Numbered from the stretch's first letter, positions 48,594-61,500 are shown. The stretch is 64,000 nt of DNA from Bacteroidales bacterium (GCA_035389045.1 DAOORA010000006.1:1-64000), one strand, 5' to 3'. Numbers and translations: made by a program. Notes: generated by a model not told the origin, from the letters alone.

Positions 48594-50048
48594 ATGAGTA
48601 AAAATAAAGAAGTAACAAATAATAAAACTACTGTAATTATTGGCGCTGGTCCTGCAGGCTTAAGCTGTGGTTATGAGCTTGCTAAAGCGGGGATGAACGT
48701 TGAGGTTTATGAAGCCTCGCCTTATGTGGGAGGTATGGCGCGAAGTCATGAGTTATGGGGGCAGAAAGTAGATGTTGGCCCTCATCGTTTTTTTTCCAAA
48801 GAAAAACATGTTAACGATTTTTTCATCTCCCTTGTGAAGGATGATTTTACCCTGATAAACCGGCTTACACGCATATATTACCGAAACAGGTTTTTCAATT
48901 ATCCGATAAAGATATTTAATGTATTGGGCAACCTGCCACCGACTACCATAGTGCAGATCCTTTGGGAATATTTACGAGTAAAAATCTCCCCCTATAAAAA
49001 CCCGAAAACTTTTGAAGAATGGGTGTCAAACAGGTTTGGCCGCAAACTATATGAGATCTTTTTCAAGCATTATTCGGAAAAACTCTGGGGAATACCCTGT
49101 TCAAAAATTGACGCCGACTGGTCGGCACAGCGTATTAAATCTCTTTCATTATGGGAAGCTGTAATTACCGCTATTTTCGGTAACATCGGGAACAAGCATA
49201 AAACACTGCTTGACCAGTTTGCCTATCCCAACGAAGGTACCGGCACCATCTACGAACGGGCTGCAGATTATATAAGAGAACACGGAGGCACAGTACACCT
49301 TCAGATGCCTGTAAAACGCGTGGTACAGGATCCAACAGGGAAAGTGACAGGTATTGAATTAGAAGACGGACGAATTATCAATGCAGATTACGTGGTGTCA
49401 TCCATGCCAATGACGCTTATGGTAAAAGGGCTGGATAATGTACCGGAGGATGTGACCCTTGCTGCAGATACACTTTATTACCGGAATACCATAATTGCCT
49501 ATATTGAAGTTGATTCGACGGATTTGTTCAAAGACAACTGGATATACGTCCATTCACCGGAAGTAAAACACGGCCGCATAGCAAATTTCCGGAACTGGAG
49601 CCCAGAACTCATACGGGGCAAAAACACCACCATCCTGGGAATGGAATTCTGGGCATTCGACAACGACCCGATCTGGAATGATACGGATGAAAACATTTCG
49701 GAACTTGCAAAATCAGAAATAAGCAAACTCCGGCTGGTCCCGGAACAGACAAAGATTTTAAACACCCATATTTTAAGGGTGCATCGCTCCTATCCTGTCT
49801 ATGAAACCGGTTATCAAATACCCCTAAAAAAAATAGAAAACTATCTTGATCATTTTAAAAACCTGATCCCCATTGGGCGATACGGGGCCTTTAAGTATAA
49901 TAACCAGGATCACTCTATTTTAATGGGTATCCTGGCTGCCAATAAGATTGCGTATGGTGTGGACACCGACCTCTGGAAGATAAATACCGATATGGAATAC
50001 CAGGAGGAAGCAAAAATCAAAGACGTCTACAATAATCCGCAGAATTAG
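48594..50048 (+). CDS. FAD-dependent oxidoreductase (UDP-galactopyranose mutase/HemY-like)
   Basis: GAGPAGL, VGG, DVGPHRFF, YSEKLWG, YPVY, GRYGAFKYNNQDHS. Confidence 0.85.
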   Translation: MSKNKEVTNNKTTVIIGAGPAGLSCGYELAKAGMNVEVYEASPYVGGMARSHELWGQKVDVGPHRFFSKEKHVNDFFISLVKDDFTLINRLTRIYYRNRFFNYPIKIFNVLGNLPPTTIVQILWEYLRVKISPYKNPKTFEEWVSNRFGRKLYEIFFKHYSEKLWGIPCSKIDADWSAQRIKSLSLWEAVITAIFGNIGNKHKTLLDQFAYPNEGTGTIYERAADYIREHGGTVHLQMPVKRVVQDPTGKVTGIELEDGRIINADYVVSSMPMTLMVKGLDNVPEDVTLAADTLYYRNTIIAYIEVDSTDLFKDNWIYVHSPEVKHGRIANFRNWSPELIRGKNTTILGMEFWAFDNDPIWNDTDENISELAKSEISKLRLVPEQTKILNTHILRVHRSYPVYETGYQIPLKKIENYLDHFKNLIPIGRYGAFKYNNQDHSILMGILAANKIAYGVDTDLWKINTDMEYQEEAKIKDVYNNPQN

Positions 50049-50073
50049 AAATTGTTTCTTAAAACAGGTATAC

Positions 50074-52626
50074 TTATTCCGTAGCCTTTTTGCGCGACTT
50101 TCTCCAGAATATCAAGCCAATAAGCATCAGGTAAAACACAAGTCCTGCCATTGACACCATCCGTCCTTGTTTAAGCCAGGGCGGACTGTATGATAATTCA
50201 ATGGAATGTTTTCCTTTTTCTAAAAACAATCCCATCAAGCCAAAATCCACGATGTTAATATCAGCATGTTTACCATCAACAGTGGCTTTCCACCCCTCAT
50301 CATACGGTATGGAAAAAAACAAAAGTCTGCTGCTGTCGGTTTCTATGGTTCCCTTAATTACATTCTGGGAAAAAGAGGTCATCACCAGCGTATCCTGCTG
50401 AAGGCTTCTGACATCGGCATAATAGGTATCCCACGTATATGCAGTGCCGGCAAGAGTATCCTTTAATATTACCGGCTTTAATGCAGCGGTGATCCGGGCG
50501 TAATCCGGGCAGTCTTTTTCATCCATGACCACAGCCCGTAAAGCATTGAGCTCCTTATTGGCTGCGGAAATTGCCGAAAAATCACCCTGCTTTATATAGT
50601 TATTAAAACAGAAACCGAACGGAAGCGCATATTTATTCCGGAAAACTTTGGTGTCTCCGAACTGTGCAAGCGAATCATAGGTCATCTTTACAAACGGGAG
50701 ACTTCCGGCATTCTTCTTCATCAATTGATATTTGGTGCTGGCAAGGGTCTGGAACATTAAACGGTTGGTGATCCCGGGCGCCCAACGGGTTTCTGTTTCA
50801 TTACGGGGGTCTATCACGTTCATTCCCGAAAGAAATTTTATGTAATATTTCTGGTTAAATCCCTGGTACGAACGCGATCCATAATAGTCCTGCGCTAATG
50901 CATCATCTGAAAAAGCATGATAGGCCATTCCTGAAAAATAGTCCTTATTTGCCCTGAAAAAACTCTTATCGCGGTTCTTGATAAAATCCAAAGCTTCTAC
51001 CGTATAATCATTATATCCTTTTTTTTCTGACAGCTCAGCAGACTTCACCGCCGCGTTTTCCCTCACTTTTGTTCTGGGATTAACATAGTACCTTTCATTA
51101 AGGGATGTGTTGGCAGCCACGACGATCTCAATAAAAACCGCAACCAATAAAATAACCCGGGCAATCCGCCTGAACTTTGTTTTAAACAAATATAAAAGAA
51201 CACTGTATGTAAGTAAAAATACCGTGGCCAAATATTGGATATTTTTATTTACAATCTTATATTGTTTCGGAAAATACGGATAATAGAGTAAAACCAGCAG
51301 AATAGCCAGGGTAACCAGGAGCAGGATAATATTGATTTTATTACGTTTATCCATCAGGGAAAATGCATTTATGGCACAAAACAATAATGCAAATGAAACA
51401 AAAAGGGCAAGCGTCCGGAAATAATCGCCTGTAAAAAGCCAGAACGTATAGCGGAAAAACGGGAATATATAAAGCAAAAGCCAAAATGCAATAAAGACTG
51501 CATAAATAATTTTTTGTTTCTTTGACAAAAACTGAAAAACCTGGGGGATCAAAAGCAAAGTGACCAGGCCTATGTAGGTCATGGGCGCTTCCATATAATT
51601 GGTCCATCCGCGGTAATCAACACCTGAACCCAGGATGTCATTTGAAAAAAAACGAAGAATAATTGTTTTTAAATGAGAAAAAGGCACCCCGTAGTTGCTT
51701 GCCGAACGGGTAATATCATTTTCTAAGGCAAAGAGCGGCGCTGATGACAGGGTTTTAAACAAGCCCGATTCACCACTGACGCGCGGCCCGTTTATTAATT
51801 CGTAGAGGGTTTGTGAAGAGAAAAAACCGGATAACAAAACACCGATGGTACTTAAAATAAAAATTCTGCCGAATATAAATATCAGCTTTTTTATCTGAAA
51901 ATCTTCATGTATCAGCAAAAACCGGAATATAGTATATATAGCGATAAAAAAAGCAAAAAGATACAAACTGAATATTTGGAAAACGGCAATTTGAAAGATC
52001 ACTAACGGCAGCAGCCACAGCATCTTGTTTTTATAGACGTTTTCCAATGAAAACAGCAGCATGGCTAAAAACAGACTCTGTGAAGAATAAAACAACCAGT
52101 TTCCGCCAAGAATAAAAAATCCTGATAATGCATACACCAGGCATCCGATAAAAGAAGCAAATGCCGATATATTAATACTTTTTAAATACAGATACATAAA
52201 AACAGCAATCAGGATCAATTTCAGAAATTCGGTATAATTTCCGATATAAGCCAGGTAATTTTCATTGATAAAGGCTGCACAAAAAAATGATATATCGGAG
52301 TAGCCGGCCATGCTTCCCAGAATGTTCTGCCCCATTCCAAGGCTGAAACACCAGCCGCCCATGCCAAAATCACGAAAATACCGTGCATAGGCCATTATCA
52401 CCGCCTGGTGGATATTTATGGAGTCGGAAGCTATGTCCTTAAAGAAATAGACATTCCGCAATAACAAAAAATTTCTGAACACAATAAACCCCGCAAACAG
52501 CACTATCCCTATGGCTATGTAAAAAGAGTATTTTTCAATTTTATTTTCAAAAACATCAGGTTTCTGAACCGGTTTGGGTTTATGAATTTCCTGATTTTTT
52601 TCTTTTTTGGGATTCTTTTTCTTCAC
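50074..52626 (-). CDS. YfhO-family membrane protein (GT-C-like)
   Basis: Many TM segments; C-terminal FSIPYD.GWKA.VDG...GLMG..L..G.H.I.L.Y.PP plus TM; GTG start. Confidence 0.87.
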   Translation of the reverse strand: MKKKNPKKEKNQEIHKPKPVQKPDVFENKIEKYSFYIAIGIVLFAGFIVFRNFLLLRNVYFFKDIASDSINIHQAVIMAYARYFRDFGMGGWCFSLGMGQNILGSMAGYSDISFFCAAFINENYLAYIGNYTEFLKLILIAVFMYLYLKSINISAFASFIGCLVYALSGFFILGGNWLFYSSQSLFLAMLLFSLENVYKNKMLWLLPLVIFQIAVFQIFSLYLFAFFIAIYTIFRFLLIHEDFQIKKLIFIFGRIFILSTIGVLLSGFFSSQTLYELINGPRVSGESGLFKTLSSAPLFALENDITRSASNYGVPFSHLKTIILRFFSNDILGSGVDYRGWTNYMEAPMTYIGLVTLLLIPQVFQFLSKKQKIIYAVFIAFWLLLYIFPFFRYTFWLFTGDYFRTLALFVSFALLFCAINAFSLMDKRNKINIILLLVTLAILLVLLYYPYFPKQYKIVNKNIQYLATVFLLTYSVLLYLFKTKFRRIARVILLVAVFIEIVVAANTSLNERYYVNPRTKVRENAAVKSAELSEKKGYNDYTVEALDFIKNRDKSFFRANKDYFSGMAYHAFSDDALAQDYYGSRSYQGFNQKYYIKFLSGMNVIDPRNETETRWAPGITNRLMFQTLASTKYQLMKKNAGSLPFVKMTYDSLAQFGDTKVFRNKYALPFGFCFNNYIKQGDFSAISAANKELNALRAVVMDEKDCPDYARITAALKPVILKDTLAGTAYTWDTYYADVRSLQQDTLVMTSFSQNVIKGTIETDSSRLLFFSIPYDEGWKATVDGKHADINIVDFGLMGLFLEKGKHSIELSYSPPWLKQGRMVSMAGLVFYLMLIGLIFWRKSRKKATE

Positions 52627-52892
52627 TTTTTAATTACAATTTTTGCATAATGAATTACAAAAATAACTATTATCCCGAAACTTTATCTGCATTACACCAT
52701 TTAAACGCCAGCAGTAGTCCTGTCAGCCGCCGTTCCGCCTCATCCCGGCTCTACACCGGTATAGAATTCATAAACATCAGGAGCCATGCCGTTTCATTTT
52801 TAGCATCTCTGTCAAATAGCATAAACACCCGAAAGAGATTAACACTCCCTGCGGTTAGGTATCAACTTCATGTAAAAGAATCCGGTGCCGCA

Positions 52893-54110
52893 TTAATTAA
52901 CGATTATTTTCTTAGCGACAACCTTCTTTGCCAAGCCAATTCTTGCATAATAAAAACCTGACGTCAAATTCGAAATATCCACGCTGATATTATTTTGAGG
53001 AATGTTAAGGTTTTCATGTTTGACAAGGCTTCCATTTGAAGTATAAAGTTCAATATAATGAATACCGGGACCTTGAAAATAAACATTATTGCCGGCTGGT
53101 AAAGGGAATGCAGTTACCTGTTCTTCAACCATATATTCATTTACTCCGGCCGGGGCATCATATTTCCAGAAATCTCCCAGACCTGCCCCTGTTGATGTCT
53201 GTCCGCAACCCATATATCCGGTGCTGCCCAGGTTGAAATTCATTAAACAGTACCTTGCCTGTCCGGGAAAGTCCGGCAATTGTGTCCAGGTATCCGACAG
53301 CGGATCATATTGCCAGAAATCACGGTAAGCAGAGGTGGCGCTATATCCCAGCCCCACGTAGCCATATTGTCCCAGCGCAAAACCGCCCAGCCCGAATGAA
53401 CCGCTCCCGGGATAAGATGTTTTCTGTGTCCATGTATCGGCAGCTATATCATAAGCCCACGTTTCCTTTAAATAAACCCAAGAAGCGCCCACTTCCGAAC
53501 GTCCGCCAACCACAAAAATAGTACTGCCGATCACAAAAGAAAAGGCAAAATAACGTCCCTGTCCGGGGAATGTTGCTTTGGTTGCCCAGGTATTGGTTCC
53601 GGCATCATATGCATAAAAATCAGTGAAATAATCCAGTATTCCCCCGCCGGCAGGATGCTGTCCCAACCCCACATAAGCTTTTGTCCCCACAGCCTGTGCC
53701 ACAGCCCCGTACCTGGATGTCCCCGGAAAATTTGCCTTTTGTGTCCAGCTACCTGCGGTAATATTATATTGCCATAAATCATTAAAATAATTTGTCCAAT
53801 CAGAGCCCAGGCAGATATAGGCATTTTCTCCAATAGTGAATCCGTTGTGGGAATATCGGCTTGATGCCGGCAAACTTGTTCTTGCTGTCCAGATGTTGCT
53901 TGCCGGAACATATTGCCACCAATCCGCATAATTACTGCTGCTTACGCCATAAAAACCCTGGCCGGCAAAACCGGAACCCGAATAGCCTATTCCCACCATA
54001 CCGGTGCTTCCTGACCCCGGATAACTATCAAGTTGTGTCCAGCCATTCTGCGAAACAGAAACAGTATCTGCCATGCAAATCATTATAAACGCCAAAAAAA
54101 ATCTTTTCAT
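52893..54110 (-). CDS. Kelch-repeat beta-propeller protein with T9SS CTD
   Basis: About six W....FPG..R.....F......YVG.G......DFW.YD repeats, signal peptide, C-terminal AFP.PA...LTSG.Y...KKIIV. Confidence 0.88.
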   Translation of the reverse strand: MKRFFLAFIMICMADTVSVSQNGWTQLDSYPGSGSTGMVGIGYSGSGFAGQGFYGVSSSNYADWWQYVPASNIWTARTSLPASSRYSHNGFTIGENAYICLGSDWTNYFNDLWQYNITAGSWTQKANFPGTSRYGAVAQAVGTKAYVGLGQHPAGGGILDYFTDFYAYDAGTNTWATKATFPGQGRYFAFSFVIGSTIFVVGGRSEVGASWVYLKETWAYDIAADTWTQKTSYPGSGSFGLGGFALGQYGYVGLGYSATSAYRDFWQYDPLSDTWTQLPDFPGQARYCLMNFNLGSTGYMGCGQTSTGAGLGDFWKYDAPAGVNEYMVEEQVTAFPLPAGNNVYFQGPGIHYIELYTSNGSLVKHENLNIPQNNISVDISNLTSGFYYARIGLAKKVVAKKIIVN

Positions 54111-54226
54111 ACAAAATCATTTAGTGGTTTGTACAAATATAAATAAAAATAAAAAAGAATATGAAAATGCGTCGTGATATTGAAAAAAATTATATAATCC
54201 GAAAGTTGGTGCTACAAATCCGAAGT

Positions 54227-54994
54227 TCAGGATTTGCTCATCTGCAGTACAAAATTGACCGGCATGTTGATCACGACGCGCACTTCGTGTCCCTGTGTTT
54301 TTCCGGGTTTCCACCTGGGCATAAGCCTTGTCACCCTCAGGGCTTCTTCATCGCAGCCGGCGCCTATGCCCTGAAGGACTTTTATGTTGGACAGGCTGCC
54401 ATCTTTTTCAATAATAAAAGAGACATAAACCTTTCCCTGAATTTTGTTCTGAAGTGCCAGCTGAGGATATTTGATGTTATTGCGTAAAAAAAGAATACGG
54501 GCATTTTCTCCGCCTGGAAACTGCGGAGACTCCTCAACATAAGTATACACGGCATCGCTGTTGCCACCGCCGCCGTCGAGCGTACCCTGGCTGCTGCCGG
54601 TACTGCTGTTTCCATCAGAGGCGGTATCTCCGGCTTTTGATTCTGTAGTAAAATTATCTGTTTCCTCTTCAATGTTTGCAGCCACTTTGGGAACCACAAA
54701 CTTTGCTTTTTGCTGAATTTTCCTTATTGTCTGCGGGATATTGGTTTCTGGCTGTTTTATTTCCTTTGGCGGGGGTGCCATATATTCGCTATACAAAGCC
54801 CCCTGGCTAAGTTGTTTCTCTGGTTGTTTGTAAGCCAGATAGGGCATAACGGCAAACAGGATAAAACAAGAAACTGCGATGACAGTAGCGGCCAACAGAT
54901 ATTTATTATACTTTCTACGCAAATAATAAGCGCCATAATCCTTATTCCTGTTACGGAAAATTATTTCGTCAATATCATTCAGATAGTTAAACAC
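54227..54994 (-). CDS. Energy transducer TonB
   Basis: IIF.NRNK.YGAY.LR, TM anchor, TonB_C P.FPGG..YP..A....QGKVYVSF..CDEEALRV..W.PG. Confidence 0.9.
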   Translation of the reverse strand: MFNYLNDIDEIIFRNRNKDYGAYYLRRKYNKYLLAATVIAVSCFILFAVMPYLAYKQPEKQLSQGALYSEYMAPPPKEIKQPETNIPQTIRKIQQKAKFVVPKVAANIEEETDNFTTESKAGDTASDGNSSTGSSQGTLDGGGGNSDAVYTYVEESPQFPGGENARILFLRNNIKYPQLALQNKIQGKVYVSFIIEKDGSLSNIKVLQGIGAGCDEEALRVTRLMPRWKPGKTQGHEVRVVINMPVNFVLQMSKS

Positions 54995-55102
54995 AGGCCT
55001 GCTTTTGATATGGAGGTTTCAATCTTAATGCCAAAATAGAAAAAACTTATTAATAATAACGGATTTTTACCGTTTTATTTCGCCTGACAAATGATATCAA
55101 AT

Positions 55103-55134
55103 AAAAAAGCTCTCACGGGTGATGGTGAGAGCTT
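55103..55134 (-). terminator. Intrinsic terminator after gcvH
   Basis: Minus strand AAGCTCTCAC-CATCACCC-GTGAGAGC-T6. Confidence 0.85.
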
Positions 55135-55156
55135 CCTGTCAAAGTATATGACAAAA

Positions 55157-55537
55157 TCAGGCGTTTACCAGTTTTGCGTAATCACCGGGCTTTAACAAAG
55201 CATCGGCTTCGGCAGGAGTGGTAAGTTTTATTTTCACGATCCATCCTTCGCCATAGGGGTCTTTGTTTATCGTTTCAGGATTTGTTTCAATCACGGGATT
55301 CAGTTCCAGGATTTCCCCGCTGAGCGGCAAATACATATCAGAAACTGTCTTTACGGCTTCGATAGTACCGAAAGATTCACCTTTGCCAATGGTTTCGCCA
55401 ATGGTATTTACTTCAACAAACACGATGTCTCCCAGTTCGTGCTGGGCAAAATCCGATATGCCGATATAAGCTTCTTCACCTTCAATTCTTACCCATTCGT
55501 GTGATTCTGTGTACAATACATTTTCTGCTATTTTCAT
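55157..55537 (-). CDS. gcvH: Glycine cleavage system H protein
   Basis: HEW, GISDFAQ.ELGDIVFV, lipoyl EAVKTVSD, IN.DPYGEGW. Confidence 0.96.
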   Translation of the reverse strand: MKIAENVLYTESHEWVRIEGEEAYIGISDFAQHELGDIVFVEVNTIGETIGKGESFGTIEAVKTVSDMYLPLSGEILELNPVIETNPETINKDPYGEGWIVKIKLTTPAEADALLKPGDYAKLVNA

Positions 55538-55591
55538 GATGTTTTGAATTTAATTTTTTTTCAAATATACTATTTTTTCTGTTTCTGATAT

Positions 55592-58500
55592 TTATTGTGC
55601 CAAAGTAAACCTCAAGCTCAGGCCTCCGTTGATATTGGAGTTCGGATACTGGGATGATACGTAGGGATTATTGATGATATGGTCGTAGAACAACCGAATA
55701 TTGAACTTTTCACTTATCTGATAATCGGCAGAAACATTAATGGAAATGATTTGCCCTCCGGCAGAAACCTGATCCATGTTTTCGACAAGTTTTCGTAAAG
55801 TCGTTTTGTTTTGCCTTACCGAAAAGTCCGCTTTAAGGTTCAGGTCGCTCTGAATATGCCTGCGTTTTCCACCCAGGTTCAGATTAAATGATACATCTTT
55901 AAAACGGTATCCTGCACCAATCACATATTCATTAGTGGCAATTTCAGTTAACTGGTTATTAGCAAAACTCAGTGAAAGATTCCTTGATTTTTTCCATTCA
56001 AATTTTATCAGCAGGCTGTTGTTCATGGTCATGTCAAACCCGACCAGCGGGCTGAACTGCTCGGTAATGGATATCTGTCCTATTTCTTTTTGGGTCAGGA
56101 AATTACCGATCTGATCCCTGACATAAGAAAATCCGTCATCACCTTCTTTATAAACGACATTTGTTGCAAATGAATTGATATTATAGGTACAGCGGTACGT
56201 ATGGTTCAGGGTGACCGTTCTGAAATATTTCTTTATAAAACCTATTTTGGTCAGTCCGTTGTAAGTCAATCGCCAGTTAGGCAGGGGTATCGCTTTGAGA
56301 ATTCGCTCTGAAAAAGGAGACAATGAAATATTATCAGGGCTTTTACCCAGATAAGCAGCCAGGAATGCGGGAATAAGCACTTCCTGCGAAGTGGGGCCAT
56401 AGCCGTCGGGGAAGTTGGTGGAGTCGATGATTTGTTTGGATGAATTGGGGTTTTGTTCGGCTAAACGCGTAGCAATGATGATCCTGTAGTCCTTGAATTT
56501 ATTGAAATTATCATTTGAATTGTCTTTATTGTCGTGGACAAATGCTGTTTTCAGCCCGATGATGGTCATGCTGAAACTTCCCGATTCCACCAGTGAATAA
56601 GGATCACTGTGCTGGTTTGCGCCGTTGTACCTGTAAAAAGCCTGGTTTTGTTTCGAATAATTCGTATTTCCTGAAACGTCGATCCTCATTCCGCTCAGGG
56701 GTTCCAGGGATGCCTGGTAGTTAAGCACTTTTGACTGCTTGACCGCAAATGGAGTATTCAGGTTTGTATCGGTACTTATCCAGTTATTTTCGAATGCTTT
56801 TCCAATAATATCTCCGGTTGAACCAAACATATCCCCGGGGCTGCCAAAAACAAAACCGAAGGTAGGCGCCATGTCATTCCAGTCCATCCCGAGCGCCACC
56901 GGCTTGTGCATAAACCCGGGAAGCTGACGTCCGTTACTTTCCTGATAAGAGATACTGACCGATTTCACCAGCATCAGCAGGCTCAGTGTATTGTCAATAA
57001 TTTCTTTCCCAATATTGACCTTGGGTTTTAAGGAATCTGCATTTTCGCCGGGCATATTCGTTTTAGGGACAGGTTTTTCACCTATGCCTTTCCTCTTATC
57101 ATTGATCTTTTTGAGATAGTTAACCTTGTTATAAAGGGTAGTAAGACTTGCGGTAAGGTTTAACTGTTCGGTATTTGAGTTTTCAATGGTGTTTCCCAGC
57201 GGGTTTTCAATGATATTATTAAAATCGTCGGTAGACAATGGCAGCGCTGTCCATATATAAGCTCCGCCATACCTTGCCGTCATATTTATCCAGTTTAAGA
57301 TTGGAATTTTATTTATAGGCAATGTATAATTAATATCAATATTCTGAGTATAATTGGTCATTCGGCCAAAATTCAGGACATTTTCCCAGATAGAATCTTT
57401 TTTCTGTTTATAATCCGGCTGGCCTTTTTCAATTTTTCCGGGAGGTTCGTCCACCAAAGCAATAGCATGTGCCTGATAGTCGAGTTTAAGGTTTTGTGTC
57501 AGATCCCATTTCAGCCCGTAATCGCGTGTCCAACCGAATCGTTTGACATAGGCCGGTTCCAGGATGATGATAGCATTGGTCTTATTTCTCATCAGGTTTT
57601 CCTGGAACTGCTTGTTCACGTCGGTACGGAATGAGAGCATTTTAGGCATGTAATAAAAATTGAAATCCTTAATAATGCGCAACCATTTGGATTTGGATAT
57701 CAGTTTCCATTTATCCAGGGGCTTAACAATTTTGGGTGTTGCCGAATAATTGTAGCCAATACCACCCATGTGTGTGGTTCTTCTGTCGTACTCAATATCA
57801 ACATTACGATGCATTTGTTCGGTGAAGGCATAGGTCAGGTCGAAGTTTTCAAGGTCATAGATATGACTTTTTGTCGAAGCTCCCATTTTTGTTTTACGGA
57901 CATTCATAAAATTCAGGCTTTTCCTTGTGGTGACATCCTGAGTTATTTTCCTCACGGAATCACGGGCAGCTGAACTTGTATATGTCTGTAAATCTTCACG
58001 ATACAAAACATCCGGGTTTATGGGATTAAATTCGGGAATGGTTCTTATTTCAGAGTAGTCGAAATGCATGGGGATTTTTATTCCCCACTTATCAGGGAAA
58101 AATTTTCCTAATTCAAGGTTAGTGGCAATATCATAAGAAATAATGGTTTCCTTCTGAAGCTGGTTAAGTTTTTTATCAATACTTCCAAATCCGGGAGTAC
58201 TGATGGTTCCGGCCAGGCTGACATTTCCAAAATCGGCGAGGTTGGCAGCTATTCTGCCGGTAGCGGCATAACCTCCGCTTTGATCAAAATCCGTAAGTCT
58301 CAATTCGTTAATCCAGATTTCAGCACATTTTTCCTTACCATCATCTGCACCGGGGTGTGATCCCTTTTTCGGATTCCGGACTCCGATCATGATCACCTTG
58401 ACATCGCTGATACTGGGATTTCCCATAATGGTAATTTTATTATTTTTACTATCATAGGTGATATAAGGCAACGATGAAGAAATGGATGTTCCGGCGTTGT

Positions 58501-61500
58501 GTAATTCCAGATTTCTTAATTTTTTCGCATCAACCAGTTCGTCCAGGTTTATTTCCAACCTGTTTTGCTCAGGCCATATCATTTCAGGATCGCTGTTGAA
58601 CCAGGACGTAAATTCCAGGGGAACTTCATATTCGTAATAATTACTCTTAAAGTCAGAGCCCAGCCTGATAAAAACGGTAAGGTCTCCGTCCTGTACAGCC
58701 GTTTCATTTCCCATAGCTTCGGCATGAACGAACATCTTAAGCGTTTTAAACTTCCGCATGTCAAAATCGCAGGTTTTATAAATTGCCCGGGCATCGCCAT
58801 CCATAAGGTCACAGGTCTTCATTGATAAGGCCTGCTCATTGAGTTGTTGCTGCGTGGTGCTCTGGTAATTTATTTCTCTTTCGATGCCCGGCGGAACAAC
58901 ATAGGTAACCGGTGAGCGCTGGCCGTTTTCTTCGAGATTGACAGCCGAAACATCAAAAGAGGTGAGTGTCTGATCGTCATTGGGAATATATTCTCCCGGG
59001 CTGAGCAGGCTGTAGTTATACCGCCTCCAGTCGCCACGTACGAGATCAAATGTAGCAAAACGGCAAATAACAGAATCGGTAAATCCGCGGAAGAAAACCC
59101 TGATAAAACGTATGGATTTAAAATCCTGGATGCCGCCGATTATTTTATCCGGTGACTGGACGGGCACTTTAAACTGATACCACTTGATGGTGGTTGATGA
59201 TCCGTTTGGCAATCTGCCGGTGGATGCATCAAGAATGTCTGAAATATAATTCTGACCTATGACCATTTTACCTGGCGTCAGGTCAATCATATACTGGAAG
59301 TATCGTTCGCCTTCGCTAAGGGTGTTATCCCTGTTTATATCCTCTCCGTCGGGGATGGTGGTTGACTGCATGGGATAATTAACCCCGAACTCATCCTGTG
59401 TCTGCTGATCTGTTGGCGAGTTGCCGTCGGTTCCATTGTAATTCTTATAACGCTGAAGTATCGTTTTTGCGGCATTATCATAATCAGGCCCTCTGAAATA
59501 ATGGAAGTCATCGCCCGACGGATCGTTATTGGCATTATTGACGGCCTGTCCTGAGCCAAACGCATTGATAACCCGTGAAATATAATTGCTGAAAAACACT
59601 ATTTCATTATCATTACTGAGTCCATCAAGACCTATATCCTGGTAAGGGCGGGCATCTTCATTATTGTCGAACGAGTTAGTGAGCGGCTGCAGGCTTGGAA
59701 CGATACCCCATATGGTCGTATCCACATCGTCCATGACGCCGTCGGGCGGAAGTCCGTTTTCGACACTTTTTCTCGAATCCCTCAGAACGTCTTCTGAAAC
59801 ATCTCCCAGGTCAATATATACCTGACCTCCGGCAGCGCCGGGATCATAAACAAAAGGATCCATCATCCAGAATTCGATGTATTCGATATTGGTTTCCTCA
59901 AAGTCGGTAGATTCAATACGCCGCATCATACCACCCCAGCGGGAGTCGGGCCCGACGAGTGTCCCGTCGGAATTCAACCCTAAGGAATAGCCTTCCGAGC
60001 CGTCCACATCATAGTTGTATGGGCCGCGTTCTCTGGGATAATAGGCCATGTTCAGCACCGCAATATTGGAAGGCAGATTATTGGCTGGCTGGCGGTTTGG
60101 GAATACTTCCTGTTCGTAGACTTCACGGGTAAAATGATTGGAGATGTCATCATTGGTAATATTGGGAGGAAGCTGGTTGTTGCTTCGGTAAAACACAGAG
60201 GGATCGATGACATACCATGCCAGTTTAGCCCTGTTGTAATTGAATGCCAGCAGGCTGCCGGCAGCGGCTTCAGGAAACATATCCGGCTGGCCCTGCGGAG
60301 TACTTGCAATAAACCAGCTGCCCACATTTTTCAGGTCTATGGTAGATTTACTGCTTTCGAAATCATCAATATATGATGTTCCCGTTTTACCTATCGCCCT
60401 CGAATGGCCGGGTAAAAGGTTGGCGAACTCGGCATTGATACTTACATTTGACACCGCTTTGGTTTCAATCAGCGGGATCAGATCAACGAGTTTGGTAAGC
60501 CAGCGGGCTTCCGTGGTATAAGCACCGTCCACACCCCAGATGGTATTTGATATGGGTTCATCGCCAAAATTCACTTTCTGCGTCAGTGGTTTTTCGGTCA
60601 GGTTTAATACGGTACCACCAACATTGAAGTTTTTATTGATCATGTAATCAAACCGTAAACCCATCAGCGTCTTTGTCTGAATACTGAATGTACTGTTGTT
60701 TTCAAGGGAGATATTGATCGGTGTTCCTGAGTTTAAAATTCCTTCGTTGATAATTTTTACCCGTCCCATGGTATAGTCGACGGTATAGTCAACATTTTCG
60801 GTGAGGGGGATACCGCCGGCTGTAACCTTGACGGAGCCCTGCGGGACGCTCATAGCGCCGAGAGATATCTCTGATCCTGAAGCAGATTTGTAGGTTCCCT
60901 GCAACGCAAATTTATTTCTGTCGGGATATTGCTGGGCGCCTGTTTTGGTCATCGTGTATAAGGAGTCATAACAGTATTTGTCCGCGATGGAATTCAAGGC
61001 TGCATTACCTCCGGTTATGGCCTTTCGCAGATCGCTTCCGAAAGGCTCCAGCACCGGGAAAAAGATGCGTCCGTTGGAAGCCTGGATAAGCCCTCCCTGA
61101 GTGGCAGCTTCACCAATAAAATCGAAAACGCCGTCGGGCACTGGGTTTTGGTTCATGTCGAGGCGGTCACAACCCAGAACACGTATCAGAGGAACACCAT
61201 TAACAGCGCCTTCGGTAATATACCCCATAGGGATACCCTGTTCTTCACCAGAATACAGTACATTCAGCCTGAAGTCCTCTGAGTTGATCTGGTATCCGCC
61301 AATGGCATACACATTTTTCATCATCAGCTTATACATAGGTACCTTGGTACTGAGTGTGGTACTTTTTATCAGTTTGACAATCAGGCAACTCGGGGCGCTG
61401 ATACCAGTATTGGTAAGTTCCCCGACCTGGTATACCGTGGTATCGCCCACCAGTGTATATTGATAAGCAATGGCCAGCACCTGGTCGGAATTCAGGGAGG

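Noticed and set aside
52650..52961. 103-aa + strand ORF between the yfhO-like and Kelch genes
   Set aside because: No motif, atypical composition, overlaps the Kelch gene end and the minus-strand TATTTTTG box at 52658-52665. The minus-strand frames also gave nothing recognisable.
53150..54050. Periodic nucleotide similarity suggesting CRISPR or DGR repeats
   Set aside because: Explained by Kelch protein repeats; there is no identical repeat-spacer pattern and no reverse transcriptase.
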